Source: Chloroflexota bacterium (GTDB lineage Bacteria > Chloroflexota > UBA11872 > VXOZ01). From it: a DNA stretch of 64,000 nt. Numbering within the stretch: the first letter of the stretch is position 1; every line of letters begins with the position of its first letter. The DNA lies in NCBI GenBank assembly GCA_964291655.2, contig OZ219802.1:1472001-1536000 (forward strand). The letters run 5' to 3'. The position numbers and the translations under genes were made by a program. This document shows, piece by piece, positions 39,054-48,199 of the stretch. The notes under the pieces were generated by a model. It did no database searches. It was not told where the DNA came from and worked only from the letters and a program-made list of their open reading frames with translations.

Positions 39054-39800
39054 GAGACTTTTGCATAACCCTTGCTGGGGCGAGAAAGTCCCCTCTCCCG
39101 GTGGAGACCTTTGCATAACCCCACTTTCAAGCAGGGGCACTCCCTCTCCTGGGGGAGAGGGTCTTTTTGCTACGATGGCCCTTTACGCTGGGCAGTGTCA
39201 AGACGTATCAGGGCAGATTTGGTGTGCATATGGAGAGATTTCACGAGATTCACCCTCACCCTAACCCTCTCCCATCTGTACAGACCGGGGACATAGGTAA
39301 CAGTTGTTCGGGGACATGGGTTACACATTTTACTGATTGACACCTACGAGAGCATTGGGTTGGTCCGGGTTTGATAAGAGACTGGCGACACAGTGCACTC
39401 ACTTTCAGCCTGTCAGCTTGTGCCAGAGAAACAAACTGTGTGCATAAGGATATTGAGCGGATCTAACTTTCAAGGCAAGGACATCGCATACTACGAAAAT
39501 CCCCTCGTTCTATGGTGTAACCTATGTGCCCGAACATGTGTAACCCATGTACCCGGTCTATACAGGGGAGAGGGCCGGGGTGAGGGGGTCCTTATGCTAC
39601 GATGGCCCTTTACGCTGGGCAGTGTCAAGACGTATCAGGGCAGATTTGGTGTGCATATGGAGAGATTTCAGGAGATTCACCCTCACCCTAGCCCTCTCCC
39701 GTCGAGGGAGAGGGGACATCCGCGCTGTGGCGAGGGTTATGCAAAGGTCTCCGCCGGGAGAGGGGACTTTCCCGCCCCGCGTGGGTGATGCAACAGTCTA
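39054..39800. mobile_element. Doubly nested MITE-B structure (inner element 39104-39751) around MITE-A copy 4
   Basis: Left ends GAGACTTTTGCATAACC (39054) and GAGACCTTTGCATAACC (39104); right ends at 39751 and 39800; 106-bp direct repeat at 39168-39273 and 39595-39700. Confidence 0.8.
39277..39564 (+). mobile_element. MITE-A copy 4 (no matching target duplication)
   Basis: Appears identical to copy 1; flanks CCATC and GGGGA. Confidence 0.95.
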
Positions 39801-39859
39801 CCCAGGGAGAGGGTTGGGGTGAGGGTGAAGCATCAGAATAAGGTCAAATTGAAAGCGTA

Positions 39860-40507
39860 CTAGCCCTTCTGGCTGGTTCCCCGCAGCACCCAACCCAGCA
39901 CTGCCACCACCACAACTAAGAGCACCGCAAAGCCCAACCACGCCGGAATAAATTCCTGTAAAGGACTTTCAGCGGACGTGGTTGCATCGGCCCCGGCAGC
40001 CGTTGAACGTGTCCGCTCAATCCGGAAACCGGACTGTCGATAGGGCTCGCTGGTACCCGCGGCAGGCACTTGGCCCTCACCCAGCGCGTCAATGTCCGAC
40101 TGCGCGAGCGACAAGCGGCGCGTGCGGCTGCAAGGGACTGCGGTCTCGCCGTCGTAGGAGTAGACCAGCCACTCCTGTCCCACGTAGAACTCCACCCCGC
40201 AACTGCCGCTCCACCATGCCGTTTCGATGAACATGGTGGCATAGGCCTGGCCTTTCCAGACGGCGTACACTTCGAACTCCACCAAGACGTACCCGCTGAG
40301 CAGCGCCGGTTCGCGCAGCGTGCCGTCGCCCCCGCTGACGTGCACAACCTTCCCCGAGAACACTTTTGCGCTCTGCGCCAACGCCTCGGTGGGAGAGGGC
40401 GTTTCCCCGCACGAGCACGCATCTACGTCACCTACGAACAAGAGAAAGCAAAATCCGGCAAAGAATATTGCTGAGGAAAATCGCAAGGCTTGAACGGTCG
40501 TCATCAT
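39860..40507 (-). CDS. Membrane-anchored TIMP/NTR-like domain protein
   Basis: Signal peptide then ACSC; VFSGKV, V..VWKG, SCG..F..G.EWLVY and CSRT; C-terminal transmembrane helix. Confidence 0.7.
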   Translation of the reverse strand: MMTTVQALRFSSAIFFAGFCFLLFVGDVDACSCGETPSPTEALAQSAKVFSGKVVHVSGGDGTLREPALLSGYVLVEFEVYAVWKGQAYATMFIETAWWSGSCGVEFYVGQEWLVYSYDGETAVPCSRTRRLSLAQSDIDALGEGQVPAAGTSEPYRQSGFRIERTRSTAAGADATTSAESPLQEFIPAWLGFAVLLVVVVAVLGWVLRGTSQKG

Positions 40508-40809
40508 CACTTAATTATGTCTCATTCGTATGAAGCAATAACACTTGCCAACTCCCTGACTACTCCGTTGCAACGCAAGTACAAGTAGACGCACTAGGTG
40601 GGTTTCTCACTTAGCTGGTGGTCTAGTTACTCATCGTTGTATTTTTTTGTTTGCAACCTGATCCTGCGGAGTCCTGCAGATGCGAACTCTTAACCTACAA
40701 ACTCGAGGGTCGGCACAAGTTGACATACCGGTTGCGAACACTACCCGCACCTAATACATTGGATGGTGCGCGCAATTCGACTGGCAACAACAAGGCAAGG
40801 GAGCACAAG

Positions 40810-42657
40810 ATGGATTATATGGGCTACGGTATCGAAAATGAATTCCTCCAAGGGGTGCTAGGTGGATCAGCGGAGGGGAATACACAACTTCCCGACTTTC
40901 AGCGAGGTTGGGTGTGGGACGACGAACACGTGCGGAGCCTCCTCTCAAGCATCACTCTAGGATATCCGATCGGTGCAGTCATGATGCTTGAGGTCGGGGG
41001 CGATAGTGTTCGCTTCAAGCAACGCCCGCTTGAGGGTGCACCTGAGCCGAAGCAGGAAGCCGAGCGGTTAATCCTTGACGGACAGCAGCGGATAACGTCG
41101 CTATTCCAGTCCCTCCGCCCTGACCAACCAGTTCGCACCCGCGACCAGCGCGGACGGCAAATCGACCGCTGGTACTACATCAAAATGGAACTGGCTCTGG
41201 ACCCAAGTTCCGATCGTGAGGACGCGGTGGTCTCGCTGCCAGCAGACCGGCAGATCAAACGTTTCGGGCGCGATGTCATAGAGGACTACTCGACTCCCAA
41301 TCTAGAGTATAAGGCAATGCTCTTTCCGCTGTCCCAGGCATTCGATTCGAGCGACTGGCGTGTGGGCTTCGAAAAGTACTGGGACTACAACAGAGAGAAG
41401 ATCAAACTGTGGAACGAATTTGAAAAGAAGATCGTCAAGCGCATTCAGCAGTACCAAGTGCCGGTAATTGAGCTTGGAAAGGACACTCCGAAAGAGGCTG
41501 TGTGCCAAGTCTTTGAGAAGGTGAACACAGGGGGCGTGACACTTACTGTTTTCGAGCTGCTTACCGCAACTTTTGCAGCTGACGACTTCCAATTGCGACC
41601 AGACTGGGAGGTACGGGAGCGTACGATACACTCCCAGTCGGTACTCACTGGCGTGTCCAATACGGACTTCCTTCAGGCTGTAGCGTTGCTCGCAACCCTT
41701 GAGCGGCGGCAGGTTGCCATGCGTGATGGCACGGACGCGGACCGTGCGCCGGGAGTAGGGTGTAAGCGCGCGGACATGTTGCGGCTGAGTCTCGAAGAGT
41801 ATCAGAGGTGGGCGGATCCACTGATGAGGGGCTTCGAGAGGGTGGCGCGATTTCTTCACGCGCAACGCCTTTTCGACGCCAAGTTCCTGCCCTACGGTAG
41901 CCAATTGATTCCGTTGGCCGCAATCCTCACAGAACTTGACAGCGATTGGGAGCCGCACCCTGCGAGGGAGAAGCTCGCGCGCTGGTACTGGTGCGGCGTC
42001 CTAGGAGAATTGTACGGTGGATCAGTCGAGACTCGATTTGCCCTCGACCTTCCGGAGGTTGTGAATTGGATTCGGGACAACGGGCCAGAGCCGAGGACGA
42101 TCTATGACGCTGAGTTCGCCCCGGCCCGACTGCTTACACTGCGCACCCGGAATAGCGCAGCATATAAGGGCGTGTACGCACTGCTGCTGCGCGAAGGTGC
42201 ATGCGACTGGATCACAGGAGAGGAATCGTCGATACAGTCCTACTTCGACGAGAGAATCGACATCCACCACATCTTCCCCCAAAAATGGTGCCGCGAGCAG
42301 GGGATAGAGGCAGCGCGCTGTGACTCGATTATCAACAAGACGCCACTCACGGCACGGACGAACCGTAGCATTGGCGGCCAAGCGCCCGGCGCATACCTGA
42401 ATCGCATCATGTCGGATGGCGTTTCGCGAGACGCGCTGAACATCTACCTCGACTCGCATCTCATCGACCCCGAGCACCTATGGCTTTCCGATTTTAGTCA
42501 ACTCTTTCGCGCAAGGGAATCGGCTCTTCTCAATGCAATCAGGAAGGCGATGGGGAAGCCCATCGCGTCCAGGACGGTAGATGAGCCCGACGACACGCCG
42601 GTCGATTACGAACTTGTGCAGGAAGATAGTTTGGAGTTGGAGGGCGTGCCTGGTTGA
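40810..42657 (+). CDS. GmrSD-type modification-dependent endonuclease (DUF262 plus HNH-like domain)
   Basis: LPDFQRGWVW, LDGQQR, FEKVNTGG; C-terminal DIHHIFP..N.TPL...TN..I; RBS AAGGGAG. Confidence 0.88.
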   Translation: MDYMGYGIENEFLQGVLGGSAEGNTQLPDFQRGWVWDDEHVRSLLSSITLGYPIGAVMMLEVGGDSVRFKQRPLEGAPEPKQEAERLILDGQQRITSLFQSLRPDQPVRTRDQRGRQIDRWYYIKMELALDPSSDREDAVVSLPADRQIKRFGRDVIEDYSTPNLEYKAMLFPLSQAFDSSDWRVGFEKYWDYNREKIKLWNEFEKKIVKRIQQYQVPVIELGKDTPKEAVCQVFEKVNTGGVTLTVFELLTATFAADDFQLRPDWEVRERTIHSQSVLTGVSNTDFLQAVALLATLERRQVAMRDGTDADRAPGVGCKRADMLRLSLEEYQRWADPLMRGFERVARFLHAQRLFDAKFLPYGSQLIPLAAILTELDSDWEPHPAREKLARWYWCGVLGELYGGSVETRFALDLPEVVNWIRDNGPEPRTIYDAEFAPARLLTLRTRNSAAYKGVYALLLREGACDWITGEESSIQSYFDERIDIHHIFPQKWCREQGIEAARCDSIINKTPLTARTNRSIGGQAPGAYLNRIMSDGVSRDALNIYLDSHLIDPEHLWLSDFSQLFRARESALLNAIRKAMGKPIASRTVDEPDDTPVDYELVQEDSLELEGVPG

Positions 42658-42774
42658 CTGTTTGCCTTGGTCGTGATTTGTTCCTGAGGGGTAGCGATTC
42701 GCAACTGTTTTTTTGTTTAGCCATTTGCGTGGTCTGTTGTGAGGTCTGTGAAAGAACGGTTCCATCCGTAACAT

Positions 42775-42935
42775 TCAAAGGCCAACCGGCGTCACGAAAG
42801 GGGTAATTTCGGTGCGGAGTCTCTGCTCCCGGAAGCGATTGGCAAGCGGGCGCCGCGGCCTCTTCTTGGCAGACGGTGAATACCGTTGGCCCGCTGCCGG
42901 AGACCTGGGCGTGTTGAGCGCTGGCTTGCATCAAG
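42775..42935 (-). pseudogene. Diverged, frameshifted 3' fragment of ispE
   Basis: MQASAQHAQVSGSGPTVFTVCQE aligns with MQAGAERAHVSGSGPTVFAVCED of IspE; after a frameshift it reads LANRFREQ against LANRIRMQ. Confidence 0.8.
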
Positions 42936-43021
42936 TCGTTTTTGTGCCACTGTGATCTACGGCCGCAGGCATGTCGCTGCTGTCACTGCTAGTCCTGCCA
43001 GTAATCGGCGGCCGCTGTCGA

Positions 43022-44629
43022 TCACAACTTTATTGGGGTATTGGTGCCTGTTAATTGGCAGGGCGAGCCCGCACTTGGCCAATTTCCTTTGACGAAGTCG
43101 GCAGCCCGCTCTGCCATTGCAATCACCGTGTGGTTGAGGTTGGCCCGCACGGTATCGGGCATGATTGACGCGTCGCAGATGCGGAGGCCCACGACGCCGT
43201 GCACCCTGCCGTATTGGTCCGTCACGGCCAGTGGATCGGTGGCGGGCCCCATTTTGCAGGTGCTTGAGACGTGATGGGCCGTGACCACCTCGCGTTTCAT
43301 CCATGAATCCAGGGCAGCGTCATCGTCAAGGACATTGTCCGCGGGCGCGACCCGTTCAGCGACCATGTCTGCGAAGGCTGCATGTTGGAACAACCCGGCG
43401 CAGGTCCGGATGCTCTCGCGCAGCCGCGAGCGGTCGAACGGATCGTCCAGCAGGTTGAAGTCGAGGTACGGCTGCTGCCGCGGGTCATCGGATTGGAGGC
43501 GGAGTTCGCCCTGGCTCAGGGCCAAATAGAGGCACTGGCTCACGCCGATGCCTATCGGAATCAGATGGTCCGCGCCCCGCATGGGCCGTTCCGCCGCATA
43601 GTTGCCCATGTAGATCACCAGGTCATTCTTGAATGGCGAACCGGTGGCCGTATAGCGCAGCGTGACCATGCCCGTCGCCACCTGAGAGGTGAACAGGCGA
43701 AATCCTGCTCGCGTGCGCCAGGCCATGGGCACGTCCGGGTGGTCGCGAAGATTGCGGCCGACGCCTGGGAGGTCGTGCACAACGGGTATGCCAAACTGCC
43801 GCGACTGCGCCGCCGGTCCGATTCCCGATAGCGCCAGGATGTGGGGCGAGCCGATCGCCCCGGCGCAGAGGACGATCTCGTCGCCATAGACGTCAAACGT
43901 TTCATTCCCGCTGATAGCGCGCACGCCTACTGCGCGGTTGTCCTGAAAGATGATGCGGTGGACGAGGCAGCGGGGTCGAATAGTCAGCTCCGGACGGGCG
44001 CGGGCAGGATTGAGGTAGGCGAAGGCCGTGCTCACACGCGTGCGGCCCGCAATGTTGAACGCCAGCGGTCCTACGCCTGTGGCATGGGGCAAATTGTGGT
44101 CGGGACAGTCGGGAATTCCGGCGTCACGGCAGGCCTCATAGAACGCGTGCTGTTGGGGTCCCCATACGCCGGGCTGAAACCGGTGGCAGTACATGGGACC
44201 GTCCGCGCCGTGAAGCTCGCTTTGAAAGTCCGCGTCCGCTTCCAGTTTCTTTAGATAGGGTAAGACTTTCGCGTACTCCCACTCCGGATTGCCCCACGAC
44301 GCCCACCGCTCGAAGTCTTCCGGCATTGCCCGCAAGAACTGCGCGTCGTTGACAGCGCTGGAACCGCCGGTGACCTTGCCGCGCGGTATATCAATCTCGG
44401 CTTCATCCGTCGCCCGGGCGCGAAACTTCCATATGTGTTCGGTCTCCCAGAGGCTTGTGTCAACGCCGTAGACGTACTCTAGCGGGTGCGGCAACCGCGC
44501 CTCCGAGGGAAAGTCCGCCCCGGCCTCGAGCAGCAGCACCGAGCGGTGGGGGTCTTCGGTCAGGCGGGCCGCCAAGACCGCGCCAGCCGAACCCGCGCCA
44601 ACGATAATGTGATCGTATCTCTTGCTCAT
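43022..44629 (-). CDS. GMC family oxidoreductase (choline dehydrogenase-like)
   Basis: IVGAGSAG..LA.RL; RGKVTGGSSAVN; VGRNLRDH; H..STCKMG; DASIMP. Confidence 0.93.
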   Translation of the reverse strand: MSKRYDHIIVGAGSAGAVLAARLTEDPHRSVLLLEAGADFPSEARLPHPLEYVYGVDTSLWETEHIWKFRARATDEAEIDIPRGKVTGGSSAVNDAQFLRAMPEDFERWASWGNPEWEYAKVLPYLKKLEADADFQSELHGADGPMYCHRFQPGVWGPQQHAFYEACRDAGIPDCPDHNLPHATGVGPLAFNIAGRTRVSTAFAYLNPARARPELTIRPRCLVHRIIFQDNRAVGVRAISGNETFDVYGDEIVLCAGAIGSPHILALSGIGPAAQSRQFGIPVVHDLPGVGRNLRDHPDVPMAWRTRAGFRLFTSQVATGMVTLRYTATGSPFKNDLVIYMGNYAAERPMRGADHLIPIGIGVSQCLYLALSQGELRLQSDDPRQQPYLDFNLLDDPFDRSRLRESIRTCAGLFQHAAFADMVAERVAPADNVLDDDAALDSWMKREVVTAHHVSSTCKMGPATDPLAVTDQYGRVHGVVGLRICDASIMPDTVRANLNHTVIAMAERAADFVKGNWPSAGSPCQLTGTNTPIKL

Positions 44630-44831
44630 GCTATTCAGTCGGTCGTGCGCGCGCGTTTCCGTGCGGCCGGCTTGCCTTCCCGCGCGGTGTAGATCTCTTC
44701 CACCGCATTGGAGGGCCGATATGCAAAGAATCCTTTGTGTAATGTTAGCGGTTCCGTGAGAGTTTCTTCTCCCTTGACAGAGTCCCTTGCGTAACTCTAG
44801 CGGAAGCGAGTATGTTCCCTCTCCCGCGATG

Positions 44832-44976
44832 GAGACCTCTGAATTGCTCCGTCATACCGGCGAAAACTGGAATCCAGAAGTCTGAGGGTAGCTTGCGATT
44901 ACTAGCTATGGAGCCAAAGTGTACTCCTCACCACTTGGACATCCTCATGAAGGGGATAGGGTTTTGCAAGGGTCTC
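44832..44976. mobile_element. Inner MITE-B-like element in a hairpin loop
   Basis: GAGACCTCTG..TTGCAAGGGTCTC flanked by CGCGATG and CGCGACG. Confidence 0.7.
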
Positions 44977-46700
44977 CGCGACGGGAGAGGGTTAGAGCCT
45001 GCCCGTAGGTGATATGGGGTGAGGGTGAATCTCCTGAAGTCTCTCCATATGCACACCGACACTGCCCTAATACGTCTTGACACTGCCCAGCGTATAGTGC
45101 CATTGTAGCAAGTAGACCCCCTCACCCCAACCCTCTCCCCCAGAGGCTGTCTCAATATTTTGGTGCGGGGCACGGTGAATGGGGTGAGAAGGACAGACAG
45201 ATGGCGGGTGGTATGAACAAGACGGTGCCAGTGAGAGACTCGTCCCCGGGGCGACGCTGGACTACACCCAGACCGCCACAGGGCGTGGAGGCTCTTGAGA
45301 TTGAACGCGGTGGCCAGCAGGTGCCATTCGGACGTCACGTGGCTGCGGCCTCTGAGCAGGAAGCGCCTGGCACTGTGCCACTCCTTGAGCAGGCCAAAGA
45401 CCGGCTCGACGATGGTACTCCGGCGGCGGTACACCTGCTTGGCAGGCGCGGTGGCCATCAACTGCCTGTGCCGTTGCAGTATTGGCTCGTAGGCGCTGAT
45501 CTTTATGGAGCGGCCCCTCTGGGAGGAGGTGCAGACGCCGAAGGCCGGACAGGTTCTGCAGTCCCGGCCGTTGGCTTGGTACCGCTTGACCCGGTAGCCG
45601 TTGCTGTGGGTCAAGCGGTGCGTGTAGGTGAGCACCTTTTGCTGGGGACACAGGTAGGTGTCGGTCTCTGGACGGTAGGTGAAGTGGTCTTTATGGTAGG
45701 GGTTGCGGCGTCTGCGCTCGTGGGTCGTGGGCATCAATACCGTGTGGCCGCCGGCGTGGCACGTGGCGAGGTTGGCCCCCGAATGGTAGCCGGCGTCCGC
45801 AACGGTCACCACGTCCCGCGCGGCGTCGATGTTCTCCTGCGCCGCCTCGATCAGCGGCGCCAGGTGGGGATGGTCGTCGGCACTGGCGCTCACGTCCACG
45901 GCTGTGATCAACCTCCCCCCTGCGCCCTCGTCCGGGGACGCAAGAGGGGAGACCAGCGCCTGGGCGTTGTAGCCGGTGATGAAGCCACCCATGCCAGTCT
46001 TGAGCAGGGCCGCGTCCGCATCAGTCAGGTTCGTGTAGCGCGGCCCGTCCTCAGCCGCGACGCGGGCGAGCGCGTCGTCCACCCGCCGCCGCAGGGCCTG
46101 GGCATCGGCAAGTTCCTGCGGCAAAGTCGCTGGCGGCGCGTCGCCCCCCGTGGCGTTCTGCGCCTCCAGGTCCGCGATCGCTTGCTCGGTGCGGGACAAC
46201 AGCCGCTGCAGCCCCTGCGCGTCGTGGGTATGCCGCGTCCCGGCGTTGGCCGCGATCCTGGTGCCGTCCACCGCCTGGATTGCCAACTCCACCAGGCCGG
46301 CTCGCACCGCCGTGCGCACCGTGCGCTTGAGCAGCGTCCGCATCCGGTCGCGGTGCGCCTTGTAGAAGCGCCACAGCGTGTTGTGGTCCGGCTGCTGCAT
46401 CCCCACCAGCCACAGGTACGGTACCTGATCCCGGCAGGCTGCCTCCAGCTTGCGGCTCGAGCGCACGCCGGTCATGAAGCCGTAGACCCATACGCCCAGC
46501 AGCGCGCGCGGATGGTAGGCCCCGGCGCCACGCGGATCGCCTTGCAGGTCAATCTCCATCGCCTCCCAGGCCGCAGCATCGAGGCTGTCCACGAACGCTG
46601 CCGCAAACCTGACAGGATGGTCGTCCGGGATCAGTTCGTCCAGCGTCGGCGGCAACAGCCAGGCCTGTTCACGACTAAACGGTCTCAACGGCATCGTCAC
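44928..46700 (-). CDS. IS1182 family DDE transposase (frame runs past the IS end)
   Basis: Q..LLPP.LDELIP.DHP, YHP..LL, SSRKLE, PDHNT, DGT.I.AN, GYNAQ, ADAGY, Y.CP and YRRR..IVEPVFG motifs. Confidence 0.93.
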   Translation of the reverse strand: MTMPLRPFSREQAWLLPPTLDELIPDDHPVRFAAAFVDSLDAAAWEAMEIDLQGDPRGAGAYHPRALLGVWVYGFMTGVRSSRKLEAACRDQVPYLWLVGMQQPDHNTLWRFYKAHRDRMRTLLKRTVRTAVRAGLVELAIQAVDGTRIAANAGTRHTHDAQGLQRLLSRTEQAIADLEAQNATGGDAPPATLPQELADAQALRRRVDDALARVAAEDGPRYTNLTDADAALLKTGMGGFITGYNAQALVSPLASPDEGAGGRLITAVDVSASADDHPHLAPLIEAAQENIDAARDVVTVADAGYHSGANLATCHAGGHTVLMPTTHERRRRNPYHKDHFTYRPETDTYLCPQQKVLTYTHRLTHSNGYRVKRYQANGRDCRTCPAFGVCTSSQRGRSIKISAYEPILQRHRQLMATAPAKQVYRRRSTIVEPVFGLLKEWHSARRFLLRGRSHVTSEWHLLATAFNLKSLHALWRSGCSPASPRGRVSHWHRLVHTTRHLSVLLTPFTVPRTKILRQPLGERVGVRGSTCYNGTIRWAVSRRIRAVSVCIWRDFRRFTLTPYHLRAGSNPLPSRRPLQNPIPFMRMSKW

Positions 46701-46786
46701 TACCTCTCTACAAACTATCCCACCACCTCACCTTGCTTCTCTTCACACCAGTATATATCCAGTAGATCTATTTTTGAGACACCCTC
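45143..46786 (-). mobile_element. IS1182 family insertion sequence
   Basis: Inverted repeats GAGGCTGTCTCAATATT / GAGGGTGTCTCAAAAAT; sits in the loop of CCCTCTCC..GGAGAGGG. Confidence 0.92.
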
Positions 46787-46833
46787 CCCGGGAGAGGGAG
46801 TGCCCCTGCTTGAAAGCGGTATGCAATGGTCTC

Positions 46834-47052
46834 CATCGGCAAGGGCTCCCAAACCATGAACGACATCGTCCAGCGCCCCGTACGGTGGTCCGCTCGCGCA
46901 GGCCTAGTCGGTAAGCCGGCGGCATGGTGGCCGTCGAACCTCACCGACCTGGCCGCCAGCCTATTGAGAGCGGGTGTGCGAATTGCAGGACTGTCGTAGG
47001 ATCGTGGGTGGTCCCTGCGGAAGCTGTCTGCAACCACACAGATGACATTCAA
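46834..47052 (-). pseudogene. Truncated sulfatase-like N-terminal fragment
   Basis: NVICVVADSFRRDH..Y....IRTPALNRLA..SVRF......PT.PARAD..TGR, ending at the MITE-B terminus. Confidence 0.7.
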
Positions 47053-47135
47053 ATTGACTGCTCCCTGATGCTCCCGACAAATGTACCATAGGCCGCGAGG
47101 AGCAGGCAGAGTCTGTGCGCCGTTGGCTCCTAGCC

Positions 47136-48029
47136 TTACATGCCGGCGTGGCCCCAGGTCCTCCCGGACTGAACAATGCGGACGAGCTCGGCGGCGTACC
47201 CCTGCATTCGGATGCGGTTGGCAAGCGCGAGTGCGGCGTGCCTGTCTTCGCACACGGCAAAGACCGTAGGGCCGCTGCCGGAGACGTGAGCACGCTCGGC
47301 GCCGGCTTGCATCAGGGCAATCTGCGCTGCTGCAATTTCCGGCGCCAGGTCGCGAGCGGAGCGGGCTAAGCCGTTGTGCCAGCGAATCTGTGGTGAGAGC
47401 GTGCCGAGCCGGGCGGCGGCAACGGCGTCTGCGGTGGCGACGCCTGAGGTGTAGTCCGACGGGGTTACGGAGCCATAGACCTCCGCTGTGCTAAGCGTGG
47501 TTGGCAGCAGCACGAGCACCACCCAGTGCGGTGGCAGTGGCGGCAGTGGCGTGATGCGTTCACCGCGACCGGTGGCAAGCGCCGTGCCGCCTGTGAGAAA
47601 GAACGGCACGTCCGATCCCAATCCGGCAGCCAGTGCCTGCATCTCCGTTAGGGGTAGTTGAAGATTCCACAGCCGGTTGAGGGCAATGATAGCTCCCGCC
47701 GCATCGCTGCTGCCGCCGCCCAGGCCGGCCGCGACCGGTATGCGTTTCTCCAGACTGAGCGCGGCGCCCGCCCGCACGGAGAATTCTGTCTGTAGCCGCC
47801 GCGCGGCGCGATACATGAGATTATCCGGCTTTGCCAGCACGGGGTCTGAACATGTGAAGGATAGTTCGTCTGCCGCCGCGACCTCCAGCCGGTCGGCCAG
47901 CCCGACGGTCTGCATCACCGAGCGAACCTCATGGAAGCCGTCGGCGCGTTTCCCCAATATCTCCAGGGTCAGATTGATCTTGGCGTAGCAATTAACAACC
48001 ACGGTGATCCCGATCTCTCGTGCAGGCAC
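47136..48029 (-). CDS. ispE: 4-diphosphocytidyl-2-C-methyl-D-erythritol kinase
   Basis: AKINLTL, KRIPVAAGLGGGSSDAA, LGSDVPFF, GRGE and SGSGPTVF motifs. Confidence 0.97.
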   Translation of the reverse strand: MPAREIGITVVVNCYAKINLTLEILGKRADGFHEVRSVMQTVGLADRLEVAAADELSFTCSDPVLAKPDNLMYRAARRLQTEFSVRAGAALSLEKRIPVAAGLGGGSSDAAGAIIALNRLWNLQLPLTEMQALAAGLGSDVPFFLTGGTALATGRGERITPLPPLPPHWVVLVLLPTTLSTAEVYGSVTPSDYTSGVATADAVAAARLGTLSPQIRWHNGLARSARDLAPEIAAAQIALMQAGAERAHVSGSGPTVFAVCEDRHAALALANRIRMQGYAAELVRIVQSGRTWGHAGM

Positions 48030-48199
48030 GACACCATCTTAATGCACAACAGGGATGGCCGGTACCTTGCCATCCCTGCGTTCAATTCAATTCGGCTCTA
48101 GCGTGTTTCAGATGTGCGGTCTGCACGAGCATGCGGACTCTCAGAGCTTGCCTGTCTTGAGTTTGACGAAGAGTGGAAGGGCAGGTCATGTTGTTCGAG

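Larger units (their letters stand above)
44780..46833. mobile_element. MITE-B host element containing an inner MITE-B and the IS1182
   Basis: Left end GAGTCCCTTGCGTAACTCTAGCGG matches 35488; right end GGTATGCAATGGTCTC; body matches 35488-36039 and 39104-39273. Confidence 0.75.

Noticed and set aside
40651-40809. N-terminal extensions in the ORF track for GmrSD (also HtrA 1142, ThiE 20468, KatG 61338)
   Set aside because: Better starts lie downstream, most with an RBS, where family similarity begins.
45201-46859. 552-aa ORF antisense to the transposase, and similar long antisense ORFs (12264, 15408, 30366, 60115)
   Set aside because: Shadow frames expected from high-GC codon bias; no recognisable motifs.
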